A stretch of 64,000 nucleotides of DNA from Chrysomallon squamiferum (taxonomy: Eukaryota > Animalia > Mollusca). Within the stretch, counting starts at the first letter, position 1. The number at the start of each line of letters is the position of its first letter. The translations under genes and the position numbers were made by a program. The notes under the pieces are model-generated. The model was not told the DNA's origin, ran no database searches, and saw only the letters and a list, made by a program, of their open reading frames with translations. Location of the stretch: NCBI GenBank assembly GCA_012295275.1, contig CM022666.1:16616001-16680000 (forward strand), written 5' to 3'. Of the stretch, positions 18,508-32,309 are shown in pieces.

Positions 18508-19269
18508 ACAAGAAAATGTTTTACTGTTAAATTATTACCGATTTGAAAAAGAGGTGAAACATGACAGAAAATAATTAAATTAAGATTTCCAAAGTGAGTG
18601 TTTTTTCAATATAATTTATCAAGTTTTTCTTTTATTTCTTTTTCTTTCTTTCTTTCTTTCTTTATTCATTTAATTATTTATATACTTTTTCCACAGGTTT
18701 GTATAATTACGTCAATATTTATTTTCGTATATTTGAATGTAGTATATATATATGTTTGAAATTAAACTGCATGTATGTGTATGTTCATGTTTGAATATAT
18801 TTCAATGTCTGAATGTATATTTTATGGATATGTGTATTTGTGTTTGTGTTGTGTGTTAGAGTAAGTGTTTATTTCTTTGTGTGTGAATTTGTGTGAATAT
18901 TTTATGTTTAATATGTTTAAATACCTGTATATATATTTATTATATTTAAACAGGTCTATATGTGGGGAGCATATGCATATTTGTATGTAATTATATGTGT
19001 ATCACTTCGTTTGTGTATGTGTACGTGTATGTGTAGGTGTGTTGTGTATATGTTGCTTGTATATGTTTTTATATGAGTGTGTGTGTGTGTGTGTGCGTGC
19101 ATGCATTTTTTGTATGTAATTATATGTCTATTTACTACTGTGTGTCTACTATATGTGTATAGCCATTATATGTGTATACTGTATATTTTATTATGTGTGT
19201 CTTGTATGTGTGTATATGTTATATGCTCCTATTTACTACTACGTCTACTACTATTACTACTACTAATTT

Positions 19270-19314
<45 letters not shown>

Positions 19315-19522
19315 CGCCACCACTATGTTAATACTGATGCCATTACTACTGCTATTATTTAAACAATTACTTTTACTGCAACTAAATCTATAACTACTAC
19401 TAATATTGTGAAAATAATAAATAAATAAATAAATAAATATGAATGAATTAATTAATTAATAATGATCAATAAATAAATAAATAATTAAAATAATGTAAAA
19501 CAACTTTTAATTAACTAATAAC

Positions 19523-19554
<32 letters not shown>

Positions 19555-20393
19555 ATTTGATTAAAAGAATGTAAAACAACTTTTAATTAACTAATATACT
19601 GATAACTAACTAACTAACTAAATAAATAAATAAATCCGTCTGCAGTTACAAAACAAATTTCACATTTGTCTCCCCTGATATACTCTCTGTCATCCAAATT
19701 CTTCACGAGTGACGTACTACAATGTTTCATTACAGCGCGAGCTTCACAGCATTCTAAACATATATGACAACATTAACAACGTTACTGTGATAAGTAAGTA
19801 AATGAATGAATGAATAAAACTAAATAAATCAACTAATAATTAGACAAACAGACAGACAAAGAGACAGACAGATATATAGATACATGGATGGATATACAGA
19901 TAAATGGAGAGTTAAATAGATACACAAACAAATAAAACACTGAAATAAAAAAAATAAAAAAAAAAAAATAAATCTCTTTGAAAATATGTCAAAATAACAG
20001 TAATAACAAAGTTCATTTTAAAGCGTTAACAGTTTATTTGGCTTTTTAATATAAAAATATATAATTTTAAAACAAAACAGACATCAGTATTATAACAGCT
20101 GAATATCTTGTGATATAAAAATATATTTCTTTAGATTTAATAAAAATATAAAATGTTTACACATGTGTATTATGTATGTATGTATGTATGTGTATGTATC
20201 TGTGTGTGTGTCTATATATACATATAAGTACTCACACATAACGTATATGTGCGTGTGTTAGTTCTAGTGGGGCAGTGTGTGTTTGTTTATACTGCAATAA
20301 AAGCGTATAGGTTGTGTGTGTTTGCTTGTGTATTGTATTATATATTTGTATAATAAATGGGAAAAAAGACAAGATAAGACAGAAAAGAGCAAC

Positions 20394-20477
<84 letters not shown>

Positions 20478-20818
20478 CATTGTTAGTTATCGATTAAAAT
20501 AAGTAAAATAATGTAAAACAACTTTTAAAAATTATTATATTAGTTGTACAAAAAATTCAAAATACATTAAAACGTTAATATACGTATATTTAGAAAATAT
20601 TTAGTATAATAACGTAACGATCAAATAATAATTAATAATTTCATCATATATTATTAAAATCAACTTGATAAAAAAAAAGTAAGTTTATAATATCATTTTA
20701 GTAAAATGGTTTTAAAACAGCATATACATTTTATATAAAAATAGAATTAGTAAAAACAGAATCATTCGTTTTTTTTTTTGTTAAAATAATAAATGTTTTA
20801 GATTTTACAGCAATAATC

Positions 20819-20888
<70 letters not shown>

Positions 20889-21727
20889 AAAGAAGAAGAA
20901 GAAGAAGAAGAAGAAGAAAAAGAAGAAAAAAGAAGAAGAAGAAATTAAACATTATGGAGTTTGATTTGTATTCAGTACACCAGTTAAAAATGTGATGTCA
21001 TTAACTGACGATAAACAGGGTTTTTTTTCACTGACATTGTACTATGTTCATTTCGAGGTCACCATGCAGGTTAATTCTATTTCAGCGGAGTTCAAAATGT
21101 GTCGATGTTTTTTATTTCTCAAATGCTGAATCTGGGATAAATGAGATATATTCAGGACACGCAAGGAGATGAAGACAGTGATAACGAGGACAAGCATAAA
21201 AGCGAGATATTTTCTTCTATCATATTATTGTGGTTTAAACAATTTATCCTTTGTTCCTCTGAAAAGAATTCTAAGCCTGGCAGCCTCTTGTGTATTACAA
21301 CCACTGGAGCATTGCAGATCTTCACCTTCTTTGACTTGACCTTAGTGACGTAAACCTATATGAGGTCATGTCACCCAGCAGTGACAGAACGAGTGAGTGA
21401 AGCATTCACGTGACTCGGAGATAGCTGATAAATAACACTGAAAGACAAAAAGGTCTTTTGGGGAGGGATTTTTTTTTTTCGTTCTATTTTTTACTTTCAA
21501 GAATTTAAGTTAAAAATGTATACAAGGCCGCATTTCTTTTTTTCTTTTTTTTTTTTTAAATTTTCTTTTACATATGTGAGTCATGTCTTTTTCCTTTTTC
21601 TGTTCCTCCCCATGCTTTTTGGATTTTTTCTCTTCTTTTCATTCTCATCCATTTTTCTTCTGCGGTTTAATCTGTGTTCACCTGTATTTTTTAAATATAT
21701 TTTTGTATTTGTCTATCAATCTCCTTC

Positions 21728-21779
<52 letters not shown>

Positions 21780-21882
21780 TCGTGAATTTGTTTAAAAAAA
21801 AATATAAACATATAATAGCATACTTCTGTTTCTTTTCTTTCTTTCTTACGTTTATAATACTGTTTATCATGTAAGTTTTAAA

Positions 21883-23028
21883 TCAGTTTACAATGTTGTA
21901 GCTGCGACAGAAACGTCGTTGCCACACGTCGCTGACGTTTTTGTTCTCATCGAGTTGTTTCGCGCAGTATTTCGGTGTTCTTGGAACGGGATAAATGTCG
22001 TCAAAATTCTTGTAATCCACTTCGTATTTTTTGCTGGTTGATTCCGGTTTGAAGAACGGAGTAAACCTGTAGCCCCAGAAAATGTCGTTTTCCATGTAGG
22101 ACGTCCTGGCTTCAAACGAGAGACCGGTGCAGGCCACCGACCCCGCCAAAACGACGATTATCTCAAACCTTTTCGTTTTGAGTGTTTTGTTGGAGATGTC
22201 GTAGAGAGGACTCGATTTCGTGATTCTGTGAATCAGCGTGCACGGCCACCACAGGTGAACTCTGTTAGCACCCTCGTTTTCGTCCATCTGCATTTCCTTC
22301 AACTCGTAGGCTAAATCCTCCTCATCCTCGTTCTCGTCGTGACGTAGGAAGAACACGCGCACGCTGCCAGCCACCACTGGTGTGTGCCGCAGGTTCCCCA
22401 CCCGAAACATCAGACACAGTTCTCCGTTTTCCATGCAGACACAGCAGTGTTTGCTGAACTGCACCGTCTTCGCTCTCTTTCTAGGATTTTGGATTTTTGC
22501 TAGAATAGATCCGGCCAGGAGCGACTGCATCATTGCGCCAAACACAGACTGCAGAATTAAAAGGAAAATTCCCGCCTTGCACTCCTCGCTGACGTAACGA
22601 TATCCGTAGCCAATCGTCGTTTGCGTTTCAATGGAGAAGAGAAAAACGGAGCCGAAAGTCTTAATGTTCCATATGCACGGGGTAAAATCGGGTTCGTTGT
22701 CTCCAAAGTCTCCGTGCCACGAGGCGAGACCAAACCAGGCGAGAGTGAACAGGAACCAGCTGACGAAGAAGCAGCTGAAAAATACAAAAATTACCACCCG
22801 CCATTTTTGTTCTATGAACGTCGTAAAGTGATCGAGCAGCAGCCGAAGCGTGTGTCTCTTGATGTTCGCGTATTTGACGTTGAATTTTCCGTCTTTCTTA
22901 ACAAGACGACGTCGTTTATTCGACAAGGTGTCTCGCGTTATTTCAACAACTGGCGGCGGCTCTGTAACCTCGGGATGCACCGACGTGGACGGCAGTTTAT
23001 AGCATGATCTTTTACTCATAAGTTCCAT
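21883..23028 (-). CDS. Inward-rectifier potassium channel (Kir/KCNJ family), 381 aa, intronless CDS
   Basis: RRRLVKKDGKFNV N-terminus, FTTFIEQKWR slide helix, M1, PCIWN, FLFSIETQTTIGYGYR pore/selectivity filter, EEC, M2, CLMFRVGNLR, HRITKSSPLY, FEIIVVL, ARTSY, IFWGYRF. Confidence 0.96.
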   Translation of the reverse strand: MELMSKRSCYKLPSTSVHPEVTEPPPVVEITRDTLSNKRRRLVKKDGKFNVKYANIKRHTLRLLLDHFTTFIEQKWRVVIFVFFSCFFVSWFLFTLAWFGLASWHGDFGDNEPDFTPCIWNIKTFGSVFLFSIETQTTIGYGYRYVSEECKAGIFLLILQSVFGAMMQSLLAGSILAKIQNPRKRAKTVQFSKHCCVCMENGELCLMFRVGNLRHTPVVAGSVRVFFLRHDENEDEEDLAYELKEMQMDENEGANRVHLWWPCTLIHRITKSSPLYDISNKTLKTKRFEIIVVLAGSVACTGLSFEARTSYMENDIFWGYRFTPFFKPESTSKKYEVDYKNFDDIYPVPRTPKYCAKQLDENKNVSDVWQRRFCRSYNIVN

Positions 23029-23180
23029 TACTCAACGTTTACACTAATCTCTTAGAAATTTCGTAATATGTCCGAAATCTATAGGAAATATATAAAGTTT
23101 GGTTATTACCATTTCTCTTTAAAAAAAAGAAATAATAATTAAATCATTAACCGATTAACCTACCAACCTACATATATAAT

Positions 23181-23217
<37 letters not shown>

Positions 23218-24100
23218 GACTGACTAACTAATTAAATAACTGACTAAATAACTAACTAATTAAATGAACGAACGAATGAATGAATGGATTAGAAAGATAG
23301 ACAGACGAACTGGTCACTTGGAGAACAGGTCGAAAAAAAGAAAAGAATAAAAAAAAAGACTGACACAGAGGAAAAACGTATTTTATATAATAAATAATAA
23401 ATTCAGTATTTATTTATGCTATCTGCAGCATTTGTAGATCATTTTCTCCTGTTTAATGATGTTAACAATAAAAACTACTACAACAGAGAATACAACGATG
23501 ACACATTTTGCCAAGGGTAGGAATGTTTTTAGAAAAGTGTATCCAGTTTGAATGTAGATTTCAAAATAATTAGCTGTTATTTTTGTTGTTTTTTTTTTTT
23601 TTTTTATTGAAACTAATATCCTGAGATATAGAAATGAAAATCGCCATTCATGGTAGCGTGATTATTTAAAAAAAAAAAAAAAAAAAAAAAATAATAAAAA
23701 AATGTTTCTGATAACTTCATAACAGACAGTTTGACATTTCCTGGGTTAGAAGTTAAATATTTTATACTGACACAATTATTGTCAACTGACAAATTGTAAT
23801 TTAGATACAAAAATAAAATAGATAAAGTAATAGTAAAATTAAAATTAAAATTAAAACTGAAATGAATAAATGAATGAATGAATGAAAATAAAAAAATAAT
23901 AATATACAAAAAGAAAAGTTGATCACTGTTGAAATGCCATTTAAATAAAATTACGTGTGCTCTGAAAACAAAGTTAAGAATTATAAACTACAAACAATGG
24001 CTGTGTTAAAAAGACGTACGTACTTACACTCAGACGGTTTCGCCCAAAACTAGAGCATACGCGACATCCTCTGTGTTTTAAATCCGGGTATCTTGGATGT
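23029..24100 (-). other. Probable 5'UTR of the Kir gene with an intron (~23079-24027) and an upstream non-coding exon ending at 24028
   Basis: Minus-strand acceptor ctttatatatttcctatag ending at 23079, 50 nt before the ATG. Minus-strand donor gtaagta at 24027. The pairing is inferred. Confidence 0.45.
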
Positions 24101-25251
24101 AGGGGTGCGTTATGGGTAAAAATAATATTTGACTTATTTACAACTTTTTATTTTGTTTTATAAATTACACAGAAACAAAACATAAATTTCTACAATTTGT
24201 AATTCGTTATTAAAAATTAATATAAATATTTTAAAGTTTATTTTGTGTTTTGACGTTGGTGTGTATACGCGTTACAGATGAATAAGAAGTTAAGTAACTA
24301 AAACGTACCCCGATATACGTGAAGCTTATATTTAAATGTTTCAAATGATGCGGAAACTTTTTTTTTTTTTCTTCTCAAAGTGAAGGTAGTGTGAGGTTTG
24401 TAAAGCACAACTTGCTCACCGCTTTTCACCACATTACAATAGAAGCTGAACAAAATAAAAATCTGCAAATAAATATGAGCAACCTACTTTTTTTTTTTTT
24501 TTCACTGTTAATTTAACTAGATTTCCTTTGTAGATTCCAGGTATTCTCTGTGCTGTAACTCGAAACACAAAATATGTTTCATATGCAACACCTTTTAACA
24601 AAGATAACTAGGTGTTGTGATCGTTTTTTTTTTTGTATGTGTTGCTAACCTATATATGCGTTTTATATGTGTGTGTATGCGTGCGTACATATGTACATAC
24701 CTACAATCATACATGCATACATATATATATATACACACACACAGACACACAGACACACAAATCCAGTCACACATGCACAAAATGTGTTAACTTAAAACTT
24801 GTGATGATGCAAAACGTGTGTTAATGTTAAACCTGTGTTAATGTCAATCGTGTGTTAATGTAAAACCTGTGTTAATGTCAAAAGTGTGATGATGTAAAAC
24901 TGTGTTTATGTATAATTTGTGAAAAGGTAAAAGTTTTATTTATGTAAAACTTGTGATACTGTTTCTTGCTTCGTTGATTCTGCTCTCACATTTCAGTGAT
25001 GATAATAATCAACAAACAGAGCGTCACCTCTGACCTAGTCTTATCCAATAAGAATTTGTTTTCATTAAATGTTAATAAGGTAATTTTCTCGTGTTTCTTT
25101 ACATGTAAAAATAGACAAAATACATTTTTATTGTCAAAGGTCATCATTTATTTTCGTATTAGTGAACTTATTAATTTTTATCACATTCCATAACGTATCA
25201 ACCGACAAGTGAAACACAAAATATCAAAAGCAGATTATGTACATAGATTTA

Positions 25252-25288
<37 letters not shown>

Positions 25289-26533
25289 TTTTATTTATTT
25301 ATTAAAAAAAAAAAAAAAAAAAAAAAAATTGTTTATTAGGTTCTTAGGTTTAGTAATTTCGTAGGCATGTATAAATACTGGAATGAACATATTAGTCTCG
25401 CCAAAGGTTAATTATAAGTTAAGAAACAATTTATTTGAAGAAAGCTTTTCATGGCTACAGGACATTTTTCCTTTCTTTTTCATTTTAAGCATCAACAAAT
25501 CTCTACCTCAGTATTTTCAATATTTGCAAAATGACAGGAAAACCTTTTTAATCTGATTAATGTAGCAGAAATCAGACCTCTCTAGCTGATGACAGCCATC
25601 TTGAAAAATGGCTGCCATAATAGGATATATTTTAATATTTTCGGCACTTCTTAGGTCTCCGTGTCTTAACCATGTGAAATAAAATCAAAATGTCTTTTAT
25701 CTGAAAACTCAGTCAGTTTATAAAACAAAACATCGAGTTTTATTAATCAAATAGTGGCTTTATAGGAACATGACCGCCGAAATGAAATTTCAAGACATTA
25801 GGAAAAAAATATTTTTAAATAACATACACAGAGTATGAATATTTTCATGTTTGTGTCATCTTTTGAACAATAATATCTGATATCTAATTTACTCCATTTA
25901 ACACATTGCCCTATTTCAAAATGATACTATTAACAGTTACAGAGTCGCCGTTGTAGTAGTAATAACTGCAGGAGTGGTACTGTTGACGACAGTAACGGTA
26001 GAAGCTGCATTTCTGTTGTCACTGTTGCTGAAATACATTTCTCTAATTAGATGTGATCAATGTGTAGGCCTACTATTATGCATATTTGTTCAATTTAAAA
26101 ATAATAATTCTTCTTCTTATTTATTTATTTATTTATTTATTTACTTACTATACCATTTCTACGATAAAGGTAACACAATTATTTTAACGCCACTGAATGA
26201 AGTAACCAAGAAAGAAAAATATATTTTGAAAAAACAAAAAAAAAAAAAAAAACTGAAATAATTATATTTGTTTCAAAATTTACAAAGTTTATTTGAGTTA
26301 AAACCAATAAACAACAACAAAAGAAAGAAGACAAAACACTGAATAAAAAATTAAAATAAAAACAAAAACAAAACAACATAAAAAACTAAAGCAGTAGTTT
26401 GGACTCGGCTTGCTTGAGAACATAACTAGAATTCAGTATTTAATTATTACATATAATAATTTTGTAAAAATAAGGGTGATAACTCTACAGATTATTAAAC
26501 AAAAGACTACATAGACTACCCGTAAAATAATAA

Positions 26534-26566
<33 letters not shown>

Positions 26567-27121
26567 ATAAATAAATAAATAAATAAATAAATATAATGTA
26601 TAAAAAATAAATTAAAAAAGAAAGAAGAAAGAATAAAAACAATCACCCTTAAAAAAATACATAACAAATCATGTTATTTTTTTTTTTTTACAAATAATTA
26701 TATTTAATTATTATCATTATTATTATTATTATTGGCTATGTTTGTCCGTTTGAAACATCTTCCACATAGGTACAAGTAAAGTAAATCTCATAAGTCATAA
26801 GTCGTTTGGTGGTCTTCCCCAGTTTCATATTTCAAATCTGTCGAAACTGTTTCTCAGAGGATGATGAAAGCAAAACTCGATTTCCCACCGTAAATAATTT
26901 ATTGCTATAATGCCGAAAATACGCTCGCTCTCCGAATAAAATTGCACATGTTTATCATATGAAGGTAAACTGTTAAGGTCGCGGAAATACACGAATGTTT
27001 ATGAAACACTTTTATAACATGAATTGTGATTGGCTTACAACATAAGATATTTTCTTGAACTGACCAGTAGCAATATTTATCACTAAATGTTTGTATTCTA
27101 AAAATAGAAAGCGGGATATTT

Positions 27122-27149
27122 TTCTTGGAAAAATTTTACGTTCTTGGAA
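27122..27149. promoter_or_regulatory. Two tandem GAS elements (TTCTTGGAA x2) near the STAT 5' end
   Basis: TTCTTGGAA at 27122-27130 and 27141-27149, 10 nt apart. Both match the STAT5 consensus TTC(T/C)N(G/A)GAA. A donor CAG|gtatgt at 27234/27235 suggests a nearby non-coding exon. Confidence 0.6.
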
Positions 27150-27663
27150 GTAGGAAGGCCTTGTAATCTTCAGTGTTGTTTTCGATAATCGCTTAAAATC
27201 TATTTTGTTTTCAGAAACATACACGCAATTCCAGGTATGTAAAGTATTGTGAAAAAGGACTGACTGTCAAATGACGTATTACAAACAGTTGTTATCTTCT
27301 TATATGAAGTTTATCATTATTTTGTTCAAATTGTTGATCAACAAAAAGTTGCTTCAGATCAAAGGTTCCCGAGCAGAGCAACTCTGACAACATTGCTCCA
27401 GTTTGCACTTTAAAACAAAATAAATAAATAAATAAATAAATTAGATAAATAGTTTAAATTAAGTTCATACCTGATGTTATTAAGATTTGTTGCATAATCC
27501 AACTATAGATTTATTAATGATTTTTTAATATTTAATTTTTTGGCATGTCCATAAATAAATGGCTCCATATGTATACGTTAAGTGTGAGTGCTGATAATTG
27601 TTTAGTCATATGGAGTCAAATATATAATTTTAGATTTATTAACCAACGTCAGCTTAAAGAATG

Positions 27664-27732
<69 letters not shown>

Positions 27733-27799
27733 CTCTTTCTCTCTGATACAAAGACTATTTTATCAATGAATGTAGAATGAAATATGTTTGATAAACAGA

Positions 27800-29172
27800 A
27801 TGGCACAATGGCAGCAGATACAACAGAAGCCACGCCAACCTGGTAGATCAGATTCAGAAGTTGTACAGAGATGCAGCTTTTCCCATCGAAGTTCGACATT
27901 TCTTTGCTGAGTGGATTGAACAGCAGTGCTGGTGAGTTGTTACACTAATCTCTTTTTAATGTTACCTCATCTATCGAGATCAAACTTGTGTAGTTTTATT
28001 TGGGAGGGGGACTTGTGTGCCTTACTATGTTATGTTGATATTGGTTCAGATAATTGACTGATGGACATCAGTAAGGCTGTGAAAATGTTTAGTTTAGAGT
28101 AAAAATCTTTTGTGTCAAAAATGCTCAAATCACGTTCAGATTCTGGGACAGTTTGACCAACTTTATTTGAGTCTATAAACAGAATATAGAGAAAACATTT
28201 TTAAATGTTTTTACAGATTTCAGTGTAATTGTTTTTTACAGGAAAGATTTTGTCAAAGAAGAACCTGAGCATGTACAGCTTGCTAAGCAACTTCTTGAGC
28301 AGTTACTGATTCAGATGAAAGACAAACTGACAGAACTACATGAAGATCAGTATTTCCCAATCCGGCTCAAACTGGAGGAGGCAGAAAATAACTTTACAGT
28401 AAAAATCTATTTAATATAACTTATTTGAATTTTTGCATAATTATATATTTTATTTTACATAGTTACATATTTAATTTTACTTGATAACATTTTTAATTTT
28501 ACATGGTTATATATTTAATTTTACTTGATAACATTTTTAATTTTACATGGTTATATATTTAAAAAAATCAGTATTCAATTATACCTTAAAATATCAACAT
28601 ATATTTAAATTTATATAAAAATATTAATTAAATAATATCTGCTTAATGTTACATGAAAAGTCTACATATATTTAGTTTGATATAACTGGAGTTTCAAAAC
28701 AGATTTGTAAATTAAATTATTTTACCTTTTATTCAGTTTTGTTTAGTGACCTATTCATTTAAATCACATATTTGAATAAATACTAAAGGAAATATAAACT
28801 GGTTTTCCTTTCATAAATTTAAACATATTCTGACTTTTTAAATTAAATTAAATTAAATATATGTTTTTATATAAGAAACTATTTTCATTTGTATGAATAT
28901 TTTATCATGCTTTATTTATTACTGGCAGCAAAACTTAGCTAATGATAAAGTAAGACTATGAAATACTAGATTAAAAATGTCCAACTTCATCTTTGTTGTA
29001 TGGTTGAGTAATTAATTGTATAAATGTCTTGCAAAATGTTTGATTTTTGTTTGTTTCTATTTTTATTCTTTTTTAGCAATTTTATGGCTGCAACCCGTTT
29101 GCTTTCATTGACGTTATGAAAAAATTGTTGCAAGATGAAGCAAACTTGATAGAGGCTCACGAGGTAAATGAT

Positions 29173-29221
<49 letters not shown>

Positions 29222-30880
29222 TTATTATTATTGTTATTATTATGATAATTATTATTACCTCTACTGCTACAACTACTGTTACTATTGTTATTGACATTAT
29301 TATTATTATTAATATTATTATTTATTGATTTATTGATTATTATATCTAATTATCTTGACTGTGATTTGAGTAAAAATCACGAATATACAAGATGACAAAA
29401 AAGTAGAATTATTAATATTACAGGGTTTCTTTTGGTAGGTTATGGCCAGGGAAGTACAAAATATTGAAGAATAGTTTTAAAATTAATTCTTTGTGGAGGT
29501 TCATAGTAATTGTGATCTATCTAATTTCTCACTGCTTGTTAACTGTTTTAGTACTTGTGTGTGCGGTCAAAATCTAGCAAAAAGCTGATAGTGTGCCAAA
29601 AAAAAAAAAAAAAAAAAAAAAAAATAATTTATGATTATGTTGAGGTAAAAATAAATAGTAATGTAATAACAGAGGGTTTCTCACAATTAAATAATTTTTA
29701 AAATTCTGTTTTAAGCTAATTAAATGTGACAGTATGATCTAATGTCGACATGACGTAGTAGTAATGGTCTAATGTTGTTATGATGTTGTAGTGATCAGTA
29801 TTGTCATGATGTCAGATGTCACAATGTAGTTACAGTGCTATGATCTCACAATGTAGTTGTAGTGCTATGATGTCACAGTGTAGTTGCAGTGCTGTGATGT
29901 CACAGTGTTGTTGCAGTGCTGTGATGTCACAGTGTTGTTGCAGTGCTATGATGTCACAGTGTAGTTGCAGTGACATGATGTCACAGTGTAGTTGCAGCAC
30001 TATGATGTCTGGAGCACATAATCTTTAGTGACGATGTAGTTGTAGTAGTGTTGTGAGTTAACTCATTTCCAGTATGTTTCCTCTCTGTTCTTTTTACTTA
30101 CGTGAATCTGTGATGTTCTGCAGCTACTACAACTACAGTACAATTATCACTAATCTATTACTATCACTACTGTGATTATTACTACCATGTTTAGTCTGTG
30201 ACTTGTTTTTTAGCAAAATAATGTACAGCATATTGAAATGAATGAGTTTGTAGAGGTGTCGAGGGCACAGGAAATAACACAACAGTTAGAATGTTTGAAA
30301 CAGAGGACACAGGCAAGTATCTAGAGTAGAAACCAGAAACCTTATATCACTACAATGTGTCAAATATTTGTCACTTGATATTATAATATCAGAAATGATC
30401 TGAGAAATGTATGTGACATAATGGTACATTAATACATTGGTTATGTTGCTTTTTAAGGTGACAAATAATTTTAAAAATTGTATTTTAATAAAATGATTTT
30501 ATTTAAATTGTCTTAACATAAATGAAAATACTGTTATCAGGCAGGTTTTGTAAAATGCTAATCTCTGTCTGCATAACACAATTTGCAGATTTTATTCTTT
30601 ATGTGAAAAAAATTACTATTTATGTGACAAAAATGTGAAAACAAAATTAAAATATTTTATTTATTTACTTTTCATATTAATGTTAATTTACATGAAAATG
30701 TTTTAGGTTTTTAATTTGTTTTCAGGAGACAGACAGCACTCTGCGAGAACTTATTTGTTTACAGGAATCCTTTATCATCAAATACCAGGAATGTGCAAAA
30801 CTTGAGAGTTAGTGTCAGCAGTGTATCAGTGTGATGTTTATTTGTTTATTTAATATATGTTTCTTTAAGATTTTATTAAA

Positions 30881-30911
<31 letters not shown>

Positions 30912-32043
30912 TATATATATTTATTTATTGAATATTTATTTGTTTGTTTATTTGTTTATTTATTTATATGTTTGTTTAATATTTATTTGCTTATTTTAAT
31001 AATAATATATTTGTTTAATTTAATGCTTATTTATTTATTAAGTAATTTTTATTTATTTATTTAATTTTTGTTTATTTAATCACTGTTTGTTTATTTATTA
31101 ACTAATTTTTATTTATTTATTTAATTTTTGTTTATTTAATTACTGTTTGTTTATTTATTAACTAATTTTTATTTATTTATTTAAGTTTTGTTTATTTAAT
31201 CACTGTTTGTTTATTAGTTACTGTTTACTTGTTTCAGACCTTTTAAAGCAGATACAGGCCCAGCCACAGAAGACAGCTGAGTTGCAGAAGCAAGAGGAGA
31301 TAATTCGGAAAAACAGAGACACCTGCAGTGCATTACTGAGTCAGATGGTTCAAAATCTACAACAAAATCGATCTGTAAGACAGTTTCCTAATAATAAAGT
31401 TTGACAGCATAACAATGTAGCAGAAACTGATATTGTAATAATAAAAGAATTGTAATAATACATTACAGCAGTACTCTACCATCAAACACAAAGCCTGTCG
31501 TTAAAGCTTCTGTAATTGTAATAAAAATATAAACCAATGTTTTGTTATAATAAAGTACAACATCAAACACAAAGCCTGGTATTATAATTGTAATAATCAT
31601 AATATAATTCATAATATAATCTAATCTTTTATGATAATGAAGTATGACAATATTAAACCTGGAAATATACAGAATTCCATTATTGATGATAATAACAACA
31701 ACAATAGAACAGAATATGATATAAAATATGAAGCTACTTTTAATACTAATAGAATTTAATTTTATAAAACAATAGACTTTTTTGAGAAGAAAGTCAGTGC
31801 AGTGTCAGATGTAATGATGATTTTTGTAGATGATAGCAGAGAAGTACAGTGAGACTCTGAGTGGAATTGAGGTTGTGCAGAAGATGGTTGTTGATGTGGA
31901 ACTCATTAGGTGGAGACGCCAACAAAACATTGGTGAACACAGCGAAGGAAGCCTGGACCAGATACAGAACTGGTGAGTCACAGCTACTAGTGTTACGTCT
32001 ATGATTATTATTATTAATTTTATTATTATTATTATGATTATTA

Positions 32044-32091
<48 letters not shown>

Positions 32092-32266
32092 TTACTATTA
32101 CTATTATTATGATTATTATTATTACTATTATTATTACTACTACTAGTACTACTACTACTATCGTTATTGTTATTGTTATATTGTTATTATTCTTATTACT
32201 ATTATTTATTATGATTATTATTATTATTATTATTACTACTACTAGTACTACTACTACTGTTATTAC

Positions 32267-32309
<43 letters not shown>

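Noticed and set aside
25380-25910. Possible MITE or DNA-transposon fragment (cagccatcttgaaaaatggctg hairpin; similar cagccattttgaaatag twice at ~42896-42965)
   Set aside because: No terminal inverted repeats or target-site duplication could be established by eye; a repeat-library search is needed.
27808-27846. Second ATG (27808) as the true STAT start that would avoid the frameshift
   Set aside because: It is in the third frame and stops at TAG after 12 codons.
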